Below, piece by piece: positions 55,217-64,000 of a stretch of 64,000 nt of DNA. The DNA comes from the human T2T-CHM13v2.0 reference genome, Homo sapiens, in NCBI RefSeq assembly GCF_009914755.1, contig NC_060934.1; one strand, given 5' to 3'. The translations under genes were made by a program, and so were the position numbers. Each line of letters opens with the position of its first letter. The stretch's first letter is position 1. Below the pieces are notes generated by a model that worked only from the letters and a program-made list of their open reading frames with translations, was not told the DNA's origin and ran no database searches.

Positions 55217-58200
55217 CTTCCTAGAGAAGAACAAGGGTGGGGGATCTCACATCACCAGTGGAATGACCTAGAAACACAAAGACTGCTCAATTTCATTAAG
55301 GTTGGCAGTGAATAGGATATAGCCCCATGCTGCTTCCTCAACTGAACAGCTGTAAAAAGGCCCTCATGCCATCAGCCTGTGCTTTTTCCTCTTTCTCTCT
55401 GGGATGTGCCTGTCCATGGAACCCCTGCTTTGGGATATAGCTGTGATCATCTCTGCTGAGATGGAGTGAGAGCAACTTTTATTTGCAAGGCTGCCTGTAG
55501 TATTTTCAGCATTCCGTAGCCTCCTTCCCATGTCTCTCATATGTTGTAGTTTACTGCATTTCATTTCATGGCCAAAGCTAGATTATTAAGGGCTGAACTG
55601 GAATTTTCCATATTAAGTAGAATATAAACTTCAACAAGCATTTTGATATGGTGGGGTTTTCTTTTGTTTCTTTACCATTCTATTGGATAGAATAGTATAA
55701 TTCATATGAATGTATGCTGTGCAGAGATGTAAGACTCTCTTCTTTTCTTTTTTTGCTCAAACTTCCTAACAGCAGGATAGTGTGGTAAAGAGAACATGTC
55801 TATGGATGTGCAATACTTTGAATAAACAGTTCAGTGCTCTATAAAATAAATATTCACAAATAATGACTTTGGGGAGAGTTATTTCCAAATCCCTTTGAAA
55901 TACGTTGTTAGCCAAAAGGTTTATAGAGTAATTTAGAATCATAATTCCTGCTTGTCCCTAATATCTGCTGTTCTACATTCAAGTTAATTTTCTCTCAGTC
56001 CCAATTAGAGCTGGGAATACATACTCAGCAGAAAGAGACACATTTGTCAGGTTAGAATGTTTTGTTTTTATTCAGGTAGTGATTTGTCATCTGATAACAT
56101 CTTTATACACCTCAAAGTCCCTCAACCCATTCATTATGGTTTGAATAATGTCTAAAGCACGTACGACTCAAATGCACACTGAATATCCTGTGACTTACAG
56201 TAGAGGGGTCTCTGAAAGGACTTGAATTTGGAGCCAGGAAATGTCTCTGAAGTTATGGTTTTTCTCAATGTGAGAGGTAAGATCCTTGGTTGCCTGGAGA
56301 TACCTTAGTTAGTGCCTTCAGGATCTGAAACAGACACATTATCACACATGGTCCAAAGGTTCAAACCTATCCTTTCATGGCTTAGTGCTTAACACAAGAC
56401 ATTGTCCAAACAACTTGTTTACAGCAATCCTGTCAGGGTCCCTATAGTTTGGTTCCTGCAAGTCTGTATTCTGTCCTTAATGTATAAGAACAATGTACAT
56501 TTTAAATAAACTGATTAAAAGTCATGAAGTTTCACTACATATATATCATAGGTTAGCTCCAGTATTGGAATAAAGACTTCTCTCAATGTTTGTATGAGAA
56601 TTTCATGGTAATGAAAGTGTCGTCATGTAGTATCAATCATATTAAATTTTGCTTTAAAATATTGAAGTCACCCCATAATGTTATGAAATATTAAAATCAA
56701 ATATGTGAGACAAAAAAGGATCTGCTTCATAAATCATGCCAGCTAATTTCTGGTTGGGGAATGTAGGTCTCCAACCAGTGGAATCATGGTGGGGAGGGGT
56801 TGTGGTGCTTCACATTTATGAAAGACTGTTGAAAATGACGATGACACTGGTTTTATCTGGGGAGTTTTTATGACCTCACACTCCCAGAATGACGGTGGTT
56901 TGCCTCAAGTATGTAGAATTTGCCTGCCTTCCCAACTGAGCTTCTTGGATGCTATGGACGCGTTGAACAGCATCCTTCACAAGCGTTAAAATCCGTGGTG
57001 AACCTGTCACTGCCCTCCTACGTAAATATCTGACCACAGAGCTGCTGCTTTGGGAGGTAGCTGTGATCATTTCTGTATCATGAGTCTCTGAGAAGCATAA
57101 GTCACCTGCTTCTCATATTCCAGAGTTCAGCAGTTGTCTCTAAATGAGATAGCCATGGCTGGGCGCAAACAAGAGAATACAAATGTCTACGTGAACGGGT
57201 CTGTCCTGCCACTCCACTGCGATCCGTTGTTATTTCTGAGAATCATTTTGATTTTTGGACTGCTTATTTCAGTGTGTAGGAGTCTTCCTTGTAGATGAAT
57301 GCCTTTCACGTACAAGTCTTTCTCTTATTTATTGATTTATTTAAAAATTTTTCCCTACAGAGGGAGAAACAAAACACAAAAATTCCCTTTCCTGCCACAG
57401 GGGAAAACAACTGTGGCAAAACAGAGAAGCCCCCGAAGTAAACAGAGTAATAGAGTACCCAGCCTCCCATAGAGCTTGCAGAAATCTCATTGTGCAGACA
57501 TGGAGCTTCCCAGCTTTTGCCTTGTTAGCCTATTTCTTAACCAGTAATTCTGTTTCTTAATAGGATAAAGGGCCTGACTTACATGAAAGCTCAAAGTCTT
57601 AATCACAATGATAAAATACAAAGTCGTGGCAACTGTAATAAGTTTAAAGACATATGTAGCTTTTCAAGGACATCTTGTCTTTAAGGAAAAGTCTTTCATT
57701 TAGCTAAAGAAATTAAACTGAATTGTTTAGTCTTTTAAACAAAATGATGAATTTAGTGAAGAAAACAAAACTCTCCATGGCTAATGTAATTTATGCAAAA
57801 TCATGCAATTAGTGATAGCTGTGCTAGACTTTTTCTTTTCCTTAACCAAATGCGCCTCTAATAAAACCATCGTGAGGAGCAGTGCCATCTAATGTAAGTA
57901 GTAAACATGGATAGTAAATGATTAATATCTGGTGAGGCATGCAGATGGCAGGACTTCCATTTTTTCTTTGAGCTCCTTGTGCATGTTTGCTAATCATTCT
58001 TGCAAAAAAATTGCAAAGATAAATATGAACTTTCAAAAGTAACATTCAACAGGATATGAATGTAAGAAATAGTACAGTGTGGGGGAATAGTAAAAACCAG
58101 CACTTTCCGCCTCTGCATAGTGAAATGACGGTAACTTGCTGTAGCGTAAGCTTAATAAGGGTTATATCATTTTCATGTATGTACTACTCTGGGAATGGCC

Positions 58201-58499
58201 CGGGTCTTGTGAGTGGTATTTTTTCATCAAGTACCCAGCCAGCGCAGTCACCCTGACAGTCCCCCCACTGAGATAAGGCATGGAAAGGTAACCCTCTAGC
58301 AAGTCCTCGTTGAGGGGGGAGCGTTCAAGTGCACAGACGTCTACCCTGTGCTATCCTGAGCTGTAGTCTTCTGAAATGATCGTTTGGCTTCCCAGCCAAG
58401 GCAGGGCTCCCCCAAAGTTCATTCCCACTCTTGCAGTTTCACCTCGGGATGCTTCCGCAGAATTTCAGCGCCTAAGCAGACAAGGTCAAAGTAAACCGC

Positions 58500-60620
58500 T
58501 TCACCGCTGCTTCTGGCGCAGGGGCCCAGAGCGCGTGCAGCTCCCCAGCACAGACCAACAGCAGGAGAGGGGTCCGGGCGGGAGCCCTGGGCTGTAGATA
58601 AGCAAAACGCACCCATTTTCTCTCCTATTTACTCCAGAGGCACCTCTCCTCCCCCACTCCTGGCATCTCTTTATCACTGGCTCCCTCTCCCTGTGGCATA
58701 TTTTTGGGTAGTAGAATGCTGAGGTCACAGGGAGCGGCTCTTTATCCAAGCAGTGGGGACATCAGCCTGGAGCCCTGAGCATGAACCAGCAAGATGCAGA
58801 CTCTCGCTCTTGACTTTGGGCTCCAGGAGCTGCCCCGACCCCGGGCTGCCCGCGGGCTCCCTCCTCCCTCCTGCCCTCGCCCGCCAGCTCGCAGTCTCTT
58901 AGGTCTGCAGCGTTGGTTGGTTTCCCACGCCTGTCCCGGTCTGACTCGGGCTGCCAGGCACCGGGAAGCCCCGCGGCGCCGACCCCAACCCGCAGCCCCG
59001 GGAAGGTGCCAACCCCAGCGAGTGGAGGAGACGAGCATTTCACGTGGGCATCTGCCTTCACTGCTGCTCGCGCCTCTCCTCAACGGCCGGCGTCAGGGCC
59101 CCTCTGTTCCAACTCATCCCCCCCCCCCCGAAGTTAATCAGCCGTACTTGTACTTTCCAGGGCGCTTTAGTTTGGAAAATACTTAAAAGCCTCGAAACCT
59201 TCCGGGGAGACGGCCGCCCCCAGATCTCCCAGTTTTGCCTGGCTAGGGCTGTCGGGCGCTCACGAAGCTGTGGCGTCTGTCTGGAACCCACATCGCAGAG
59301 GCGCAGCCCCGCTCCTCCCTGACGTCGCCAAAGTTGCCAGACGCCCCTCAGCGACCCGGTCGCGCCAGATGCAGTTGCATAACCTTGCCCCCCACCTGCG
59401 ACCGCACCGGGTCCGCTCCCGGCTGCACCGGGGTGTCCCGGCCCCGGGAGCCGCCGAGTTTCCGGCCAAGCCGGTTTGGGGCCGAGTGTGTGCGCCCGAA
59501 TCGGGGTCGGCGCCCGTCCCAGCGGTGCTCTGCCCGCGGCCAAGTACGACGGGCGCGGGGGCGCGGGAGGAGGGCACGCGGGGCTCCGCTTACCTTCCGC
59601 TGCTTACAGATAAGTCGAGGTCGATGCAGCGCCTGGCTCGGGCATGTCTCGCTGCGGACCCTGGCAAGCCTGGGGCGGCACGGAGCACTCCGGACAGGGC
59701 ATCCGCGGCCAGACTCGCCGCGCTCACGCGGAGGAAGCCTCGGCTCCGGGGACTTGGCCCGCTGCGCGCCTGCTGCCCGCCCCCTCCACCGCTGCCGGCC
59801 CGGCCCTGCTGGCCCGGCCGGCCCCCGCGCCGCAGCTCGCGTCGCTCGCGTCCCTCCGGCCCCGCTTAGCGACGCGCGCGGGGAGGCAGCGGCTGGGCCA
59901 GCTCCGGGGACGCCCGCGCGCTCGCTTGCTCGCGACGCGGCGGAGCCAGCCACAGCCACCCGGCTTCGCGCTCCTCCGATGTCCTCATTTACTGCAATTG
60001 TCTTCGGCGAGATCTCAGAGCCAGGGCCAGGAGGCGGGGGCGGGGCAGAGGAGGGAGCAGGAGGGAAGTCCTTTCCGCTGCTCCAGGTCCCAGCTACTCC
60101 GCGGAGCCGGGCGGCCAGAGGCGAGGGCGCCCCAAGCCGCGCGCCTGCCGCCTGTGCGCCCGGCTGGCACCGAGGCGGGCGGAGCCCCGGGCCCCGCGGG
60201 GCGGAGGTGGGGCGGGGGCGGCGCGGGGCCGGGCCGGGCCGGGCCGCGTGCGTGGGGTGGGGGATAGGGAGGGAGTGGAGGAGCCCCCTCCCGCCGCCGC
60301 CAGAGCTGGAGGAGGAGGAGGAAGAGGAGGAGGAGGTGGAAGGAGCTGCCGCCGGCTGCCGCCGGCTGCCGCCTGCGCGCGGGGCTCCGCCACAGCGCGT
60401 CCTCCGGGTTTCTGGGCTGCAGGCGGCGCTGCATGGCCCGGGAACTTGTTGAGTCTACCCTGGAGCCGCCTCCGGAGCAGCTGGCGGGCGGGGGACTCCG
60501 TGTGTTCTCTCAGGGATGGGGGGTCGCTGGGGACCCTGCTGCATGACTGTCTGCTGTGCCAGCCAGCCTGGCCCGGCGGGGCTTTGGGAAGCCAGGCTCG
60601 AAGGGTGCGTGTCTTGTAGG
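58500..60620. promoter_or_regulatory. CpG island / TATA-less promoter of INSYN2A
   Basis: About 2 kb of very GC- and CpG-rich sequence. Contains GC boxes (GGGGCGGGGC near 60037-60046), (GGGCC)4 at 60226-60245 and a GGA-rich tract at 60308-60345, and includes the first-exon donor. Confidence 0.9.
59594..59760 (-). other. INSYN2A: Probable INSYN2A first exon (5' boundary approximate)
   Basis: Consensus donor AAG|GTAAGC at 59593 inside the CpG island, oriented toward the gene. The TSS cannot be placed from sequence and may lie further right. Confidence 0.65.
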
Positions 60621-62904
60621 TGCCTGGCCGCTCACCTGCGGATGCTGCCTTGTAGAAGCAGGAGTTCGGGGATCCTTTCAGTGCTGGCTCCAACCTGGTG
60701 TCAGCCTCTCTACATGGGGACAGGAGGTCCTATGAGTGGCCTGAGGACTGAAGTGGGAGGGCCTGCCTGGTAATGTTGCATGCTGACATTTAGGGACACT
60801 CCAGAGCAGGCGCCACTGCCACTCCTAGCCAGGAACCCTACCCCCCATCCAGAGCACACACCACCCGTCAGCAGAAGCCACAGGGCGCAGAGGCTGAGTT
60901 CCTTTGTGGCAGAGTAGAATTCTCTTGGGAGAGGAAAAGACCTAGGATGCACACGGAGCTATCCCCGCCCTTAATTTCCCACCCACCAAAGAGTATTGGG
61001 TGTTTTGAGCTCAGAGCAGCAGACCCAGGGGCCCCTCTGATGCCTGTCAGGCCCTGGGGTCTGGGCCAGGGACTAAGCAGCCAGCCGAGTGCAGGGCTCC
61101 TGGCCCCCTGGATTTGCTCCTAGAATGTAATGTAAAATGTAAGTAGCCACATTTATTAGTCTGTTTCTCAGGAAAGGTCAGAGAAGTAGTGGACCCCAGG
61201 GAAGGGACAGGCTTCGGAGAGGAAATTGGGAGGACAAATGGAAAGTCCCTTCACCCACCCACCTCTCCAGACACATCAGTGGGCAGTGAGACCTCTTTGC
61301 CTATACATCCCTGAGTCTCTGCACCTAGCACCAGCTCTGTGCCTGTGACCAAGCCATAGCTCCATCCTTGTTCGCTGAGCTGAACTGAGCCTATCACTGC
61401 CTTATAGAGTGTCTGTTTTTTATAAATGACTTTATACGAAATACTTCTTTGTATGTGGATGCTTTGGGCAGTGTGTCCAGACATTTCAGAAGAAAAAAAA
61501 ATCTAAAATGTCATCTATTTCCCTCTTTACCCCGCAGCATCCTTTGGTATACAATTTTGCCAGCCTTGGGGATCCAGATATGCCCAGGACGGGAGTCCTG
61601 AGCCTGTGGATCCAAACTCTGCCCACCTCACTCTTCTTGTTGTTCTTCTTAACTCAGATCCCCCAAGCTGATTTTCCAGCTTACCAGGGAGGCTGTTGGG
61701 AGCTGGCTGGAAAGAGATGCTTAATTTTGTGTGAGCAGTATGGAAACTGCAGTCCCCTCTTCTGCCTGGAAGGGGCCTGGGAAGGGAATGTATAGGAGTT
61801 GGGGACGTTTAAAACCAGATAGGAGAAGTTGCCACTCTCCAGCATGTTCCCTTGGGGATGTGCTGTTGCAGCTGTGGGCTCCAGTAATTTTCCCAGTGGT
61901 CTGGGGAACTTCTGTAAATCTTACTTTATTGGCAATCCATAAAATTGAAATCTGCCTTCCGTCTTTTAAAGTGACTGTAAATAAAGCTGCCAGGAAACTT
62001 GGGCATTGGGCTGGTAGTATCAGAAGGCTGAAGTTTTCCGGGACCAAGAGTGAAAACAGGTCAACATAAATGCATGCCCAGCAAGGCAGTGCTCAGCCAC
62101 AGGTGGCACTGTGAACTGGCAAGAAAACAGCTCCAAGGACAGTGCTATCTGAGATTCGCATGATGTATAACTCCAGGAAGAAAATGGAAAGCCGTAATTG
62201 GCAGGTTAGAAAATCCACTTACATGAAGAGGAGAGTATAACGGAATTCTGTAGCATCATCAGGACTGCTTAGAGTTGTTCAATTGTGTAGTAGACTTACA
62301 GTTGTTTTGCTAAGTCTATTAAAATCATTGGCATCGCTTTTTTTTTTTTTTTGAAGTAGGAAACCATTTACATATTGTAGTGCTTAAGTGCATGTCTTCA
62401 GCATCACAAATCAAAATATTGGTGAAAACTTGCCTCACCTTACCTTTGGCTCTGGAGAGATATTCCACATGGGTGAGGTGTGTGTCATCATGCTCCAGGC
62501 TTTAAAGCAAGCATCATGCTGGGGGCTGGCTGGAGAGAAGGGAGTTTCAGCCATCTTCCTGCCCACAGATCCCTCTTGCATTTTTTTTTAATAGATGGGA
62601 TGTAGGCATATTTTTAGGGTCTAGAATGAGTCAATATGCTCGGCTTCCTCAGGAAAAAAAAAAAGTGAAACTTGATAGATTCATTTTAGGAATCAATTGG
62701 TATTGGCTTTTTATATTTTGCTTAAGATTTTTGTTGAAAAAGATAGACTAGCAAAGGAGAAAATAGCTACTTTTCAAGTGGGATTTCCTAAAAGCAGAGG
62801 AATAAAAATAAGGGAAAGTTCAAGACGGCTAACTAAGCAAAATATCCACGTCTCTCTTCTTTTGCCTTCTTCTTGGAATTGTGCAGGGGTTGTACAGAGA
62901 ATTG

Positions 62905-63400
62905 CTGGAATTCCACCCCTATGGTATAGTGAGTTTGAGGTCTCAATTTCCACATTAAAAAGTCAAGAATATACAAGTCAAACATGTTCAAGAATGTTCA
63001 TAACAGGTTTATCTATATCTGTTCCAAACGGGAAATAATCCAAATACCAGTCAACAGTAGATAAAGATTTCTTGGTTCTTCGTATAGTGGAATACTAGAC
63101 AGCAACCCAAAAGCACTAACTGCTGATGCATGCTTTGGCATGGAGGGCTTCTACAAAGGTGCAGAACAAAGGAAGCCAGACGCCCAGTGTTTATGACATG
63201 ATTCCCTTTAGATGAAGTCCAAGAATGCGACAAAGTTATCAATGGTGGAAAATATCAGAATGGGGATTACCTTTGAGGCATACTCGTTGCCCGGGACCAC
63301 AGCAACTTCACTGGTGCTGGATCATTCTGTCTCTTGCACTAGTTGCTTATGCAGTTTTCCACCTATATAGAAATTCATGGAGATGCTTCCTGTCTCAGTG
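62905..63400 (+). mobile_element. Old L1 (L1M-type) 3' region fragment
   Basis: aagaatgttcataacag...ggaaataatccaaataccagtcaacagtaga...tagtggaatactagacagca motifs typical of L1M 3' ends. Confidence 0.65.
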
Positions 63401-63710
63401 TGACCTCATTTGTCTGAGCATCATCACTGTGTCATTGCAATGTCCACATGCATGCTCCCCAATAACCCTTACCCCTCAGTGAACCAGTGTATCTGTCAGT
63501 GTGATTAACCTGTATCCTCTCCAGTGTGCAAGGCAGGAGAAGAGAAAAGTGTCTCCAAACTAGCAACTGCAGAAGAGGAGCCTTCCAGTTTAGCTACACA
63601 GCAGAACTTCCTTCTTTAGGAGACTGCCGATGAAACGCCTGCCCTCCCAACTGTCCGATGTCGCTGTGACAGAGCTCGCTATGGACGTGAATTTTTCTTT
63701 CCCATGTCTT

Positions 63711-64000
63711 TGTTACACAAAAGCGGTCCCGATCCAGATCCCAAGAGAGGGTTCCCGGATCTCACACAAGAAAGAACACAGGGCGAGTCCACTGTGCAAA
63801 GTGAAAACAAGTTTATTAAGAGAATAAAGTAGTGAAAGAACAGCTACTCCATAGACAGAGTGGGACATTCCCAAAAGTAAGAGGAGGAATGCGTCCAGCC
63901 TAGGTACAATACTCATATATATGGGGAGCTCTGCTCTGCTACGAGGGTTTGTGATAAAGGATTAAATTTCTTAATTATTATATTTTGCAAGAATCGATAT
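63711..64000 (-). mobile_element. ERV1 (MER4-group) LTR, cut off by the window edge
   Basis: tgttac...ggtcccgatccagatcccaagagagggttc...gggcgagtcc...aagtttattaag...gctactccatagacagag resembles the reverse U5 end of MER4-group LTRs. Subfamily not assigned. Confidence 0.8.

Noticed and set aside
58742-60693. Long ORFs in the CpG island (372, 207, 203 and 199 aa, among others)
   Set aside because: They overlap in nearly all frames, have low-complexity Arg/Pro/Ala/Gly composition and no recognisable domain. Stop codons are simply rare at this GC content.
62092-62112. CTCF-like GCCACAGGTGGCAC
   Set aside because: The 5' half of the core mismatches, and it cannot be told from chance without ChIP data.

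Overview
Primate (almost certainly human) genomic DNA containing nearly the whole INSYN2A (FAM196A, inhibitory synaptic factor 2A) gene on the minus strand. Three coding exons (39993-38810, 17531-17460, 1597-1414) splice at canonical GT/AG sites in matching phase to give 1440 nt, or 479 aa plus stop. Three probable non-coding 5' exons (ending at 59594; 55216-55091; 40737-40475) lead down from a CpG-island promoter at about 58.5-60.6 kb. The 3' UTR probably runs off the left edge. From recollection, INSYN2A lies antisense inside a large DOCK1 intron, and no plus-strand coding exon is visible here. The rest is intronic, with seven Alus, MaLR and ERV1 LTRs, MER DNA-transposon fossils, L1/L2/MIR fragments and small tandem repeats. 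I found no new multi-gene system; this is a known locus. The most notable observations are a near-canonical intronic REST/RE1 site, a uORF-loaded 5' leader (a strong-Kozak 50-aa uORF and a uORF overlapping the main ATG), a composite insertion in an LTR that looks locally templated, a tailless Alu with intact target-site duplications (TSDs), a dynein light chain LC8-type motif in the protein, and a skippable Cys-rich exon between inverted Alus. Repeat family names are by eye, not from a database search.
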